Of a stretch of DNA of 64,000 nt, positions 54,046 through 63,865 are shown in pieces (the first letter of the stretch is position 1; every line of letters begins with the position of its first letter). Below the pieces are notes generated by a model. The model made no database searches and was not told the origin of the DNA. It worked only from the letters and a program-made list of their open reading frames with translations. This DNA comes from Actinomycetota bacterium (GTDB taxonomy: Bacteria > Actinomycetota > UBA4738 > HRBIN12), in contig JBOGVD010000102.1 in NCBI GenBank assembly GCA_050696355.1, positions 1,027 to 65,026 of the forward strand, written 5' to 3'. The position numbers and the translations under genes are program-made.

Positions 54046-54686
54046 GGGGAGGCCACCTCGCCGAGGAGCCGCCCTCGGAGCGTCGCCCGCAGGTCGTCGC
54101 CGCGTCCCTCCCGGACCAGCCGGACCGCCTCCTCCGAATCGAGTGCCTCTCGCCACCGCCGCGCGCGATCGGCCAGACCCGGAAGCGCGGGGAGCGTCTC
54201 CCGGCGCACCTCGCCGACGATGCGCAGGATCTCCGCCCACTCCGGCCCGAACCCGTCCCGGAGCTCCTCGCGGACGAGCCGCGCGACCGCGGGTGAGACC
54301 CCACCGGTTCCGACCGCCAGGACGAGATCCCCCCGGCGAACGATCGCCGGCGCCGCCCAGTCGCACCCAGGGACGTCGTCGATGACGTTGACGAGCCCGC
54401 CGCGGCGCCGGGCCTCCCGGGCGATCGCGGCTCGCTCGGTCGCGTCGTCGGAGGAGGCGACGAGGAGGAAGGCTCCGTCGAGGTCATCGGGTCGCCACGC
54501 GCGCCGCTCGGTCCGCACACCGGCGACGCCACCGAACCGGCCATCCAGGCTCGGCTCGATCACCGAGACGTCGTCCGCACCGCCCGCGAGCAACCCCTCG
54601 ACCTTGCCCTCGCGGATGGCTTGAGCGCCGATCACGACGCAGCGCCGGCCGCCGAGCTCGAGCATCGCCGGGAAGCCGAAGCTCAT
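54042..54686 (-). CDS. precorrin-2 dehydrogenase / sirohydrochlorin ferrochelatase (CysG N-terminal / Met8-like)
   Basis: ATG 54686 overlaps the cysH stop (ATGA). ..LELGGRRCVVIGAQAIREGKVEGLLAGGA.. Rossmann fold, ..LVNVIDDVPGCDWAAPAIV... Confidence 0.75.
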   Translation of the reverse strand: MSFGFPAMLELGGRRCVVIGAQAIREGKVEGLLAGGADDVSVIEPSLDGRFGGVAGVRTERRAWRPDDLDGAFLLVASSDDATERAAIAREARRRGGLVNVIDDVPGCDWAAPAIVRRGDLVLAVGTGGVSPAVARLVREELRDGFGPEWAEILRIVGEVRRETLPALPGLADRARRWREALDSEEAVRLVREGRGDDLRATLRGRLLGEVASP

Positions 54687-55543
54687 CCGGCAGCCCCCTG
54701 TCGCTCGCGGCCATCGACGTCGCGCATCGCCGCCGCGCGTTCGCGATCGGTCGCGGAGCCGAGCAGTCCCACCGAGCCATGGATCCCGCACTCCTTGTCA
54801 GTCTCCTGCTCCCACCACCAGCGGCCGGCGCGCTCGGGCTCGCCCGGAGCGACGGCCCGCGTGCACGGCGCGCGACCGACCGACGTGTAGCCCTGATCGA
54901 ACAGCGCGTGGGAGGGGACGTCGTGTTCGTGGACGTAGTCCCACACGCGATCGAGGGTCCAGTCGGCCACCGGGTTCAGCTTCACGATCCCGCCGTGATC
55001 GCGGTCGAGCTCCACCTTGGCGATGTTCCTGCGGCTGCGCCATCGTTCACGCCGCAGGCCCGCGACCCATGCATCGAGCGTGGAGAGCTTCCGCTTCAGG
55101 GGCTCCACCTTCCTGATCTCGCAGCACCGGAGGCGGCGATCGAAGCCGCCGAACATCAGGTTTGGACCGTGGTCGGTCACCACGGCGGCGACGGCGTCCG
55201 TCTCGGGGTATTCGAACTCGACCGCGATCCCGTACCGCTCGCGGACGCGTTCGAACAGCGCGTAGGTCTCGGCCGGCAGCCGGCCGGTGTCCAGGGTGAA
55301 GACACGCACGTCAGAGCGCAGGCGCAACGCGATGTCGATCAGCACCATCCCGTCGACGCCTCCTGCCGCGCTGATCGCGAGACGCGGATGGAACCGCTCG
55401 AGCGCCCAGGCGAGGAGGTACTCGGCCTCGGCGTCCTCGAATCGCTCCGCGGCCCGTGCGATCCATAGCTCCTCCTCGTCGAACAGCGGCAGGATGGGCT
55501 GGTGGAGCGGCGGACGGGGTCCCGGTCGCCCATCAGGACGCAC
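54683..55543 (-). CDS. cysH: adenylyl-/phosphoadenylyl-sulfate reductase (thioredoxin-dependent)
   Basis: ORF 54683..55636, probable GTG 55543. ..VFTLDTGRLPAETY.., ..RLRCCEIRKVEPL.., ..KECGIHG... Start uncertain. Confidence 0.85.
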   Translation of the reverse strand: MRPDGRPGPRPPLHQPILPLFDEEELWIARAAERFEDAEAEYLLAWALERFHPRLAISAAGGVDGMVLIDIALRLRSDVRVFTLDTGRLPAETYALFERVRERYGIAVEFEYPETDAVAAVVTDHGPNLMFGGFDRRLRCCEIRKVEPLKRKLSTLDAWVAGLRRERWRSRRNIAKVELDRDHGGIVKLNPVADWTLDRVWDYVHEHDVPSHALFDQGYTSVGRAPCTRAVAPGEPERAGRWWWEQETDKECGIHGSVGLLGSATDRERAAAMRDVDGRERQGAAG

Positions 55544-55682
55544 TCCCCACAGCGAGGAGCCGGAGCTCGAAGATCCGTTCGCAGCTCTCGCACCGCCAGC
55601 CGGATGGGTCGGCGGGCCGCAGGTCCTGCTCGCCACAGAACGGGCAATAGAACGGGACGGCCCGCGGCGTCGGGACGCTCAT
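55533..55682 (-). CDS. 49-aa zinc-ribbon protein between sulfite reductase and cysH
   Basis: Not in the track (under 60 aa). ATG 55682 overlaps the sirA stop (ATGA). MSVPTPRAVPFYCPFCGEQDLRPADPSGWRCESCERIFELRLLAVGSAS*. A small ORF in this position is recalled from actinobacterial sulfate-assimilation operons. Confidence 0.5.
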   Translation of the reverse strand: MSVPTPRAVPFYCPFCGEQDLRPADPSGWRCESCERIFELRLLAVGSAS

Positions 55683-57391
55683 CGGCCTCGGTCCGGGGTC
55701 GCGAACGCGGTGAGCTCGTCATCGTCCAGCCCTCGCACGAACGCCGAGAAGCTGGGACTCGCGGGGCCTCGTCTCGATCGGTAGCGCCGGATCAGCGCCT
55801 CGACGTAGTCGGCGGCGTCCTCGCCGAGGACGCGGACGCCCTTCACCTTCCTGCCGAAGGAGCCCTCATCGTCGCTCCCCTCCCCCATGGCTCCACCGAG
55901 GTGGACGAGGAACGCATCCGACCTCGTGCCGTCGGGACGTTTCGCGAGCGCCGACATCAGGCCGATGTCGGCGACCTGGAAGCGCGCGCAGGAGTTCGGG
56001 CAGCCGTTCACGTGCACGCGGATCTCCTCGCCGAACCCCGGCAGGCGGCGATCCAGCTCCTCGGCGAGCCAGCGGGCCCGACCCTTCGTTTCGCCGATCG
56101 CGAGCTTGCAGAACTCGATCCCCGTGCACGCCATCACGCCCTTGCGGAACGGGCTCGGCGAGGAGGGGAGGTCCAGATCGTCCAACCGTGCTGCCAGCTC
56201 GGGCGCCGCAGCCGGCTCCACGTCGACGATCACGAACTTCTGCCGGGAGGTGGTACGGATCCGCCCTCTGCCGAACCGGTCGGCGAGGTCGGCCACCAGC
56301 CGCAGCTGATGGCCGCTCACACGTCCGGCCCTCGGCGCGAAGCCGACGTAGGCACGTCCGTCGATCTGGCGGTGCACGCCCACGTGATCGCGGAGGGGCA
56401 TCGGTGCCGGCGCCGGAGCCGGGCCGTCGGGGAGCCGCGAGTCGAGGAACTCCTCCTCGAGCACACGGCGGAACGCGTCGGCGCCCCAGTCCCTCACCAG
56501 GAACTTCAGCCGGGAGCGATTGCGGGAGCGCCGATACCCGTACTCGCGGAAGAGCGACGTCACCGCCCGCCACGCTTCGGCGGTGCGCTCGGGTTCCACG
56601 AACGCGCCGAGTCGCTGCGCGAACATCGGGTTCGTGGACAGCCCGCCCCCGACCCACAGGTCGTAGCCCGGACCGAGGGCCGGGTGGTCGACGCCGACGA
56701 AGGAGACGTCGTTGATCTCCGGGTCCGTGCAGCGAACGGCGCAGCCGCTGATGGAGGACTTGTACTTGCGCGGCAGGTTCGAGAACTCGGTCGTGCCCAC
56801 GAATCGGTCGCGGATCTCGGCGATCGCGCCGGAGCCGTCCAGGACCTCGTCGGCGTCGATCCCGGCGAGCGGGCACCCGAGGATCACGCGCGGGGTGTCC
56901 CCGCAGGCCTCCGCCGTCGTGAGGCCCGTGGATTCGAGCCTCTCCCAGATCGCCGGCACGTCCTCGATCCGGATCCAATGGAGCTGCACGTTCTGGCGGT
57001 CCGTCACGTCGGCGAGGTCGCGGCCGTGGGTCTCGCTCGCCCACGCGATCGCCCGGAGCTGTTCGGCGGTCAGTCGGCCGCCGTCGATCCGGATCCGCAT
57101 CATGAAGAACTCGTCCTCGAGCTCCTCCGGCTCGGCGCTGCCGGTCCGCTCCCCGGGAAGCCCCTGCTTGCGCTGGGTGTAGAGCCCCCACCAGCGCATC
57201 CGATTGCGCAGGTCCTGCTTGCCGATCGAGCGGAACCCACCCGGCGCGAAGATCCGCTCGATGCGCTCGCGTACCTCGAGCGGCTCGGCCTCCTTCTTGA
57301 TCTGTTCTGCGCTGTTCAGCGGTTCGCGGTAGGCGAGCGCCCACTGCCCCTGACCCGTGGGTCGGGGAGCCGCGCGTTGGATGGATGCCAT
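55679..57391 (-). CDS. sirA: ferredoxin-dependent sulfite reductase (NirA/SirA type)
   Basis: 570 aa of the nitrite/sulfite reductase family. ..ACTGIEFCKLA.. and ..VNGCPNSCARFQVADIG.. siroheme/4Fe-4S Cys motifs. Confidence 0.9.
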   Translation of the reverse strand: MASIQRAAPRPTGQGQWALAYREPLNSAEQIKKEAEPLEVRERIERIFAPGGFRSIGKQDLRNRMRWWGLYTQRKQGLPGERTGSAEPEELEDEFFMMRIRIDGGRLTAEQLRAIAWASETHGRDLADVTDRQNVQLHWIRIEDVPAIWERLESTGLTTAEACGDTPRVILGCPLAGIDADEVLDGSGAIAEIRDRFVGTTEFSNLPRKYKSSISGCAVRCTDPEINDVSFVGVDHPALGPGYDLWVGGGLSTNPMFAQRLGAFVEPERTAEAWRAVTSLFREYGYRRSRNRSRLKFLVRDWGADAFRRVLEEEFLDSRLPDGPAPAPAPMPLRDHVGVHRQIDGRAYVGFAPRAGRVSGHQLRLVADLADRFGRGRIRTTSRQKFVIVDVEPAAAPELAARLDDLDLPSSPSPFRKGVMACTGIEFCKLAIGETKGRARWLAEELDRRLPGFGEEIRVHVNGCPNSCARFQVADIGLMSALAKRPDGTRSDAFLVHLGGAMGEGSDDEGSFGRKVKGVRVLGEDAADYVEALIRRYRSRRGPASPSFSAFVRGLDDDELTAFATPDRGR

Positions 57392-57702
57392 CGACGATGC
57401 CTTCCTGGGAGATGGGAACGGCCGCCTCGCGGCGGCCGGGTGGTGCTGCGAACGTCGGAACGCTACGGCCGAGCGAGGGGTTCGAGGCCGGGGTCGGCCT
57501 CGGTGGTCTCCTCGCGACAGCAGAGGCGGTCGGGGATCATCGCCGCCACCTGTCCTGCCGTTCGCGTTCGGATCATCAGCTCGGATCCCATCCAGAAGGT
57601 CGGAATCGCAAGTGCGAACCGTATCGGGGTCGTCGGGTCGACGTCAAGCCGGGAGACGTGATCGTTCGACACAGCCTGGCGCTCGCCCGCGATGTTGGAG
57701 GG

Positions 57703-58950
57703 CTAGCGTCCGATGGGTGCTCGTAGCGCCGCATCCGTCGGTCGGCCACCAGGGCGGCGGATCGGCCATTCCCACGCACCATCCCTCATCGACGGGATCG
57801 GCCCGGGGCGTCCGAGCAGGAATCCCTGCCCGGTCCCGACGCCGAGTCCAAGGAGGGATGCGAACTCCCCCGCCGTCTCGATCCCTTCGGCGACGACCAC
57901 CATGCCGACCTCATCCGCGAACGCGGTCAGCCGTGCGATCAGTGCGCTCTTGGTGTCATCAGCGTCGACTCCGGCCACGAGGCTCCGATCGAACTTCAGG
58001 AATTCGGGCGACAGCTCGACGACATGCCTGAGTCCGGAGAATCCGCTTCCCACGTCGTCCACCGCGAGCCGCGCGCCGAGCGCGCGAAGTTCGGCCAGAT
58101 GCGCCCTGGTGTCCTCGTAGTCGACGATCGGTGATCGCTCCGTGAGCTCCAGGACCACGCGGCGTGCCGAGATCGATCGCAAGACCCGTTCCAGACGTGG
58201 GTCGCACAGCGTTTCCGGAGAGACGTTCACGGAGAGATACACGTCCTCGGGGATCGCATCCAGATGGTCGAACGCCCGGAGCACGGCGGCGTGCTCGAGC
58301 TGGGTCAGCAGCCCGAACCCCGCCGCCTCGGCGAACCAGGTCTCGGGGGTCCGCCGGGGCTTGGACGTGAATCGGGAGAGAGCTTCCACCCCGCGGATGG
58401 CGCCATCCGCGAGATCCACGATGGGTTGGAAGACCGTTTCGAGCACGTCGCCGTCGATCGCCTCCTCGATCCGTTCCCGCGAGATGCGTCTCCGGTCGCG
58501 GACGGGGGCGACGGGACGAGCCTGGTGCTCGGCCAACCGTTCAGCCACCTCGCCCAGTCGATCGACGGCGATGCTGGCGCGCCCATCGGCCGACCGATGG
58601 ATGGCGCGGAGGACCTCATCGGCCGGCTGATCCTTGCCCACGTATCCCACGGCGCCTGCGCGCACCATCGACGCGACCGTTCTGGGATCCGTGCTCGCCG
58701 ACAAGGCGACGATGCGGGTCTCGGGCGAGCGCCGGCGGATCTCGCGAGCGGCTCGACTACCACCGCCACCAGGCATCCGGACGTCGAGGAGCGCGACGTC
58801 CGGCGCCTGGAACTCGGCCAGCTCGATCGCTTCGCCCACGTCTCGTGCGGTCCCCACGATGTCGATGTATCGGTCCGTCGACACGAGTTGGCACATCGCC
58901 TCGAGGACCGGCGCCTCATCGTCGGCCAGCATCAGTCGGATGCGTCCCAT
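57703..58950 (-). CDS. response regulator with REC + catalytically intact-looking EAL (c-di-GMP phosphodiesterase) domain
   Basis: ATG 58950. REC (IRLMLADDE..DVALLDVRMPGG). EAL motifs present: GVEALSRF, SVNVS, LELTE, DDVGSG, KFD, AEGIET, GQGF. Confidence 0.85.
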   Translation of the reverse strand: MGRIRLMLADDEAPVLEAMCQLVSTDRYIDIVGTARDVGEAIELAEFQAPDVALLDVRMPGGGGSRAAREIRRRSPETRIVALSASTDPRTVASMVRAGAVGYVGKDQPADEVLRAIHRSADGRASIAVDRLGEVAERLAEHQARPVAPVRDRRRISRERIEEAIDGDVLETVFQPIVDLADGAIRGVEALSRFTSKPRRTPETWFAEAAGFGLLTQLEHAAVLRAFDHLDAIPEDVYLSVNVSPETLCDPRLERVLRSISARRVVLELTERSPIVDYEDTRAHLAELRALGARLAVDDVGSGFSGLRHVVELSPEFLKFDRSLVAGVDADDTKSALIARLTAFADEVGMVVVAEGIETAGEFASLLGLGVGTGQGFLLGRPGPIPSMRDGAWEWPIRRPGGRPTDAALRAPIGR

Positions 58951-58957
58951 CCGCTCC

Positions 58958-60937
58958 CTACCCTCTCCCGGTCCCGTGAGCTCGCACCGCCTGGCCGCCT
59001 CTCGGATGCGCCCGTCCCCGTGCCCGTGGGACCCGGCGCGACATCGGGAGGACGTCGGCGACCGGCGCCGGATCGGCCTCGAGCGGGGAAGGGATCGGAT
59101 CCACCTGCTCGTGTGGTAGCCAGATCTCGAGCGTGGTTCCCTGACCCGGGAGACTCCACAGCTCCGACCAGCCGCCCGCCATCTCGGCCCGCTCGCGGAT
59201 CGCGGCAAGCCCGAGATGGCCGGGCGTCGCGTCGAGCGCGTTCTGGGGCATGAATCCCACACCGTCATCGACGACCTGCATCCACGTGCCACCGTCGCGA
59301 GGCTGCAGCGTGACGCGGATGTGTGCTGCTTCCGCGTGCTTGCGGGCATTGGCGAACGCTTCCTGGGCGATCCGATAGAGGATGAGAGAGATCTGGATCG
59401 GCGGCTCCTCACCCAGCGCGTCGTCGTCGACCGTCCATTCGTAGAGCGAGGTCGAGTTGTCCAGCAGATACGTGAGCGCCGACCCGATCCCGATCTCCTC
59501 GAGCGTCGGGGGGCTGAGGTCGAACAGCAACGTGCGCATGCTCTTGATGGTCACGCGCATGACCTCGAGGGCATCGTCGAGATCGGACCATGCGGGATGC
59601 TTCTTCTGGAGCAGCTCCAGTCGCATCTTCAGAGCCACCAGCTTCTGGACCGGATCGTCGTGGATGTCGTGTGCGATCCGCGTGCGTTCTTCTTCCGCCG
59701 CTCGCACGACGTGCTCCAGGAGCCGGCGCCGTTGCTCGTCGATCTCTTGGAGGTCGGTGATGACGTCACGCAGCTCTTCGGTGCGCTCGGCGACCGTCGC
59801 CTCGAGTTCCTCGTTGTGCGCGCGGAGCCGTCCCTCGAGGCTCTGGATGGTTCGGAACTGGGATTCGCGCTCCTCTGTGAGCCAGGCGTTGCGCAATGCG
59901 AGCGCCGCATGCTCGGCGAACTGTTCGACCATCGCGACCACCCATCGGCGCATGGATGCGTGCCCGCCGCCCCGTTCGAGGACCACGACTCCGAGCCCTT
60001 GTCGCCCGTCGCGGAGCAACGGCACCACCAGCACGTTGCGCGCCTCCGGGATGAGCGCCGCGAGCCGTGGGTCCGTATCGGGATCGATCGCGCGCAGGAG
60101 CTGGGTCCTGCGTTCCTCCCACGCTCTGACCATCGACCGATCGGGCGCGGTGGCGAGATCGGCCGGCCTCTCGATCCCGGTCCATCCGAAGATCTGGAGA
60201 TCATCACGCCGGGATGCGAGGAGGACGCCTCGCGAGAAGCCGAACGTCGAGCACAACTCTTCGAGCACCACATCGGGGATGTCCCCGGGCTCGGGGTCGG
60301 CGTCGAGCCGAGCCACCATGGCGGAGAGACGCGACAGGTCGTGCTTCTGTCTCCGGAGCTGGCGCTCGCTGACCGCTGAGAACAGAGCGGTCCCGAGCGC
60401 GAACACCCAGAGTCCGGCGATCGAGAGCGTCACAGCTTGCTGGATGTTGGCCTTGATGGTGCCGTCACCGACCGACGTCGGCGCGCGCAGGATGCCGGCG
60501 GTCGAGGCTTCGACCACGAGGAGGAGCAACAGCGTGTGCCACAGGGCGAGCTTCAGCCCGGTCCGATAGGAACAGAGCAGCGTGACCGCGACGACGTGCA
60601 CCCACGGAAGGAGCCTGATGGCTTCTGCGTTTCCTCCCGTCAGTGCGAGCCCGGTTGCGAGGTACAGCCCGTCGACGAGCAGCGTCCCCTGCATAACGGG
60701 AACCGCCGCACGCCCTCCCCGCCGGACGATCGCCGCGGAAAGGAGCGAGACCGCCAGGTAGGTGACTCCGGTGGTCCAGGCCGCGACGGCCGGCCCATCG
60801 TCGGACATGAGGGCGAACGAGACGACGACGACGGCCAGACCGAGTCGAAGTCCGAAGAGGTAGGCGCCACGTTCGGTGATCGACAGGAGCTCAACCGGGT
60901 CCGCCGGAGGGCCTCGATGGAGGCGGCGGGGGATCAC
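58958..60937 (-). CDS. sensor histidine kinase (multi-TM + GAF-like + HisKA_3 + HATPase_c)
   Basis: 659 aa; GTG 60937 overlaps the upstream stop (GTGA). H-box IAHDIHDDPVQKL; ..VVDDGVGF.., ..GHLGLAAIRERAEMAGG... Confidence 0.85.
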   Translation of the reverse strand: MIPRRLHRGPPADPVELLSITERGAYLFGLRLGLAVVVVSFALMSDDGPAVAAWTTGVTYLAVSLLSAAIVRRGGRAAVPVMQGTLLVDGLYLATGLALTGGNAEAIRLLPWVHVVAVTLLCSYRTGLKLALWHTLLLLLVVEASTAGILRAPTSVGDGTIKANIQQAVTLSIAGLWVFALGTALFSAVSERQLRRQKHDLSRLSAMVARLDADPEPGDIPDVVLEELCSTFGFSRGVLLASRRDDLQIFGWTGIERPADLATAPDRSMVRAWEERRTQLLRAIDPDTDPRLAALIPEARNVLVVPLLRDGRQGLGVVVLERGGGHASMRRWVVAMVEQFAEHAALALRNAWLTEERESQFRTIQSLEGRLRAHNEELEATVAERTEELRDVITDLQEIDEQRRRLLEHVVRAAEEERTRIAHDIHDDPVQKLVALKMRLELLQKKHPAWSDLDDALEVMRVTIKSMRTLLFDLSPPTLEEIGIGSALTYLLDNSTSLYEWTVDDDALGEEPPIQISLILYRIAQEAFANARKHAEAAHIRVTLQPRDGGTWMQVVDDGVGFMPQNALDATPGHLGLAAIRERAEMAGGWSELWSLPGQGTTLEIWLPHEQVDPIPSPLEADPAPVADVLPMSRRVPRARGRAHPRGGQAVRAHGTGRG

Positions 60938-61587
60938 GCGAAATCCACCACGTCGGACTCGACCGGCGCGAGGGCGAGCCTCGGGTCGCCCCGATCGAGT
61001 CGGTCCTGGATCGCGACGAAGGCAACGGCGAGCCCGAAGAGGACGAGCACGATCGCCAGGCTGCGCGCAAGGCCTCCGAGTGCCGCGTCCAAGCGGTTCC
61101 CCGTGGTCCGGTCCGCAGGGCCGGGGGGAGCGGTTCCCGAAGCCGACGAGACGATCGGCACGGGAGGGGTGAACCCGAACTCGAGGAGACCCCTTCCGCC
61201 CACGACATCACCTCGACCGTCGGGGCCAACGGGCATCGGTGAGTCCGATGGCTCCTCGCCGATCGGAGGTCCGCCACGGTCACCGCCACCGCCGTCCCCG
61301 TCGCCGGGATCGGGGGGGCCGACGTCACCGCCACGCACGAGGTCGCGGACAGGGTCAAGGACGTCGTCCACGATCGGACCGACGACGGGATCGATCGTGT
61401 CGTCGACCGGTGTATCGACGAGATCGATCGCGTCGTCCGCGAGCTTCTCGCCGGCGCTCAGGGCATCGTCGGCGTGACAGGCGACGTCCAACGGGGAACA
61501 CGATGCGTGAGCGGAGGGATGTCCGGCGACGGCGAGGGGAAGCGCTGCCAGCCAGGCGAGCGCAAGGCGCCCAGTCCACCGTCTCAC
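60934..61587 (-). CDS. secreted Asp/Pro/Gly-rich protein with C-terminal TM anchor, hypothetical
   Basis: GTG 61587 overlaps the upstream stop (GTGA). Signal peptide MRRWTGRLALAWLAALPLAVAGHPSAHA, acidic low-complexity middle, TM LAIVLVLFGLAVAFVAI. Confidence 0.5.
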   Translation of the reverse strand: MRRWTGRLALAWLAALPLAVAGHPSAHASCSPLDVACHADDALSAGEKLADDAIDLVDTPVDDTIDPVVGPIVDDVLDPVRDLVRGGDVGPPDPGDGDGGGGDRGGPPIGEEPSDSPMPVGPDGRGDVVGGRGLLEFGFTPPVPIVSSASGTAPPGPADRTTGNRLDAALGGLARSLAIVLVLFGLAVAFVAIQDRLDRGDPRLALAPVESDVVDFA

Positions 61588-62909
61588 GAGGCACCACCTT
61601 CCGAGGTTGTGCTCGACCCAGGGACGCGATCCCTCTCCTCATCGACCGCAGGGTCGAGCAGCTTGACCTGCCCCTCCCACAGTTCGTGCTGATCGTCCAG
61701 CTCCGAAGGCGGGATGGGCTCCCCGACGAGAGGGCCCTGCACCAGGTCGACTCCGAGGTTCCGGAGTTCATGCACTTGCTCATGAGAGGTGACACCAGGA
61801 GCGATCACCCGAGCCCCCACCTCGGATGCGCACGCTGCCACGGCGGCCACGAGGGAATGGCCCGAGAAGCTGTGGTGCAAGGCGTTGACCAGCGTCTCGT
61901 CCAGCCGGACCAGCTCGGGGGCGAAGAGGGAGAGGTGCCGTAGGCTCGCGAGCCCAGGACCGGAGTCCCGCGAGACGATGCGAACACCACGTGCGCGGAG
62001 CGTCGCCAAGATCCCGCCGGTATCGGCCGCCCCGAGCGCGGGCACGTCGGTCGAGGAGAGGGGGGAGAATCCGAGGGCGATCCGCGAGGCGACGGGCCTC
62101 CTGATCGCTCGCCGGAACCGTCCGTCTGCGGCCGTCGACTGGGTCACGTCGAACTCGAGGAAGAGGTCCTCCGGGATCAGCTGGAATGCTCGGAGGCTCG
62201 CCCGGAACGCTGCCAGCTCCACGTCCGCGAGGAGATCGGCGGCCTCAGCATCGGCCAGCCAGGTGTCGTAGGAACGGAGCGGGAGGGTCGCGACACTCGG
62301 CCGTGCGGCGAGACCGACGATCCGACCGGAAGAAAGGTCGGCGATCGGTTCGAACTCGGCGGTGATCGCGCCTTCCAGGATGGCCTTGGCGACCGCCATG
62401 CTCTGCTGGGTGCGACGGGGCAGCATCGGAGAGATCGGCGAGATCTGAGGCGTCTCTTCATCTGCCACGTATCCCGAATCGATCGTTCGATGGATCGTCC
62501 TCAGGATCTTGTCCGTCGAGTCGCCCTTCGGAACGTACGCGCTCGCCCCTGCGCTGATCATCCCGATCACGGTGTCCGCATCCTCGTGCGCCGAAAGCGC
62601 GACGACCTTCGTCGGAGAGCATCGCCGTGTGATCTCGCGTGTCGCACGCAGTCCCCCGCCACCGGGCATGCGCACATCCAGCAGGACGACATCGGGCCGT
62701 TCGCGGACCGACAGCTCGATCGCGTCCTCGGCGTTGTGGGCGGCCCCCACGAAGCGAAGCGACGCGTCCGATCCGATGAGCGCGCGGAGGACGTCAACGA
62801 CCGTCTCCTCGTCGTCGGCGACCAGGACGCGGATCGGACTCGCCTCATCGCTCCCCTTCGTCGAGCCTCTCGCTCCGACCACGCCCCCGCTCCTTCCCTC
62901 TCGAGCCAT
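61584..62909 (-). CDS. response regulator with REC + degenerate EAL-like domain
   Basis: 441 aa. REC (IRVLVADDE..DVVLLDVRMPGG). The EAL-like domain has catalytic motifs replaced: GLAARP for EALxR, ALGFSP for ELTE, SRDSGPG for DDFGTG, APGVTS for EGVET. Confidence 0.75.
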   Translation of the reverse strand: MAREGRSGGVVGARGSTKGSDEASPIRVLVADDEETVVDVLRALIGSDASLRFVGAAHNAEDAIELSVRERPDVVLLDVRMPGGGGLRATREITRRCSPTKVVALSAHEDADTVIGMISAGASAYVPKGDSTDKILRTIHRTIDSGYVADEETPQISPISPMLPRRTQQSMAVAKAILEGAITAEFEPIADLSSGRIVGLAARPSVATLPLRSYDTWLADAEAADLLADVELAAFRASLRAFQLIPEDLFLEFDVTQSTAADGRFRRAIRRPVASRIALGFSPLSSTDVPALGAADTGGILATLRARGVRIVSRDSGPGLASLRHLSLFAPELVRLDETLVNALHHSFSGHSLVAAVAACASEVGARVIAPGVTSHEQVHELRNLGVDLVQGPLVGEPIPPSELDDQHELWEGQVKLLDPAVDEERDRVPGSSTTSEGGAS

Positions 62910-63223
62910 CCGGGCTCTCGGTGCGTACCTGGAACTAGGTATCGGCAGCCACTTGACCTGTCACGATGGTTCCTTGGCACCAAATCTCGGTGACTCGGGC
63001 TGACCAGCGATCTGCGAGATGAGCCGTCGGTCGCCAGGCCGACAGCCAGGGCGCATCCGGCGTAGGTCGGATCCCTCGCAGACATGGGAGGACATCGCAG
63101 GACTGACGGATCGATCACGTTGGAGAGGTAGCGCACCTGCACCGTGTTCCCTACGGCGGTCGCACCTCGAGAGCGCAGGGGGTGCTCGCTACGGTGGGGT
63201 TCCCCGGAGATCGAGGTGATGAC

Positions 63224-63865
63224 ATGAAGCGCGCCGCCGGGGTCTGGCTGATCTCGTTCCTCATCGTGTTCGCGTTCGCCCTGCCCGCGCACGCGGAACC
63301 GGGACCGTTCGGCGAGGTCGCCGTGGTCACCGGTGACTGCGAGGACGGGACGACGGTCGTCCGCGCGACCAACATCACCGACACCGACCTCTCGTGGCTC
63401 ATCAGGATCGACGGGCGGACCGTGGAAACGGGACGGCTCGCGCCCGGAGAGTCACTCGAGCGGGCCTACGTGGTGGAGATGGGCGAGTCGCACTTCTACC
63501 GCATCAGGCTCGGTCTGCCGCCGGACGGCTACTACCGCTCGGACGAGGGCCTCACCGATCTGACCGACTGCGCATCCGAGAGTCCTTCACCCTCGCCGAG
63601 CCCCACGCAGAGCGCCTCGCCCTCCCCGAGCCCGAGCTCGTCGAGCAGCTCGAGCCCGCCCGTCGTTGGTGGCGGAGGCGGCTCCACCAGCCCACCGGAC
63701 GTGCTCGGGGACGCGGGATCGAACCCCGGGGACTCGCCGACGCTCCCCTTCACCGGGCCGGAGGACGCGCTCATGCTGATCGCGATCGCGCTCGGCTTCG
63801 TCCTCGTGGGCACGCTGGCCCTCCGGCTCACCTCGAAACCGGCACCTGTCCGGTCGAGGGACTGA
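63224..63865 (+). CDS. LPXTG-type (LPFTG) cell-wall-anchored surface protein
   Basis: ATG 63224. Signal peptide MKRAAGVWLISFLIVFAFALPAHA, Ser/Pro-rich linker, LPFTG + TM + RSRD tail. Confidence 0.7.
   Translation: MKRAAGVWLISFLIVFAFALPAHAEPGPFGEVAVVTGDCEDGTTVVRATNITDTDLSWLIRIDGRTVETGRLAPGESLERAYVVEMGESHFYRIRLGLPPDGYYRSDEGLTDLTDCASESPSPSPSPTQSASPSPSPSSSSSSSPPVVGGGGGSTSPPDVLGDAGSNPGDSPTLPFTGPEDALMLIAIALGFVLVGTLALRLTSKPAPVRSRD

Noticed and set aside
57392-57702. ~310-nt leader upstream of sirA with hairpins (GAGGCCG..CGGCCTC; GGCCGCC-GCGA-GGCGGCC with a GNRA loop); possible riboswitch or attenuator.
   Set aside because: I could not recognise any known riboswitch core (e.g. SAM classes) by eye. 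GC-rich hairpins are common in this DNA. Left as unassigned.
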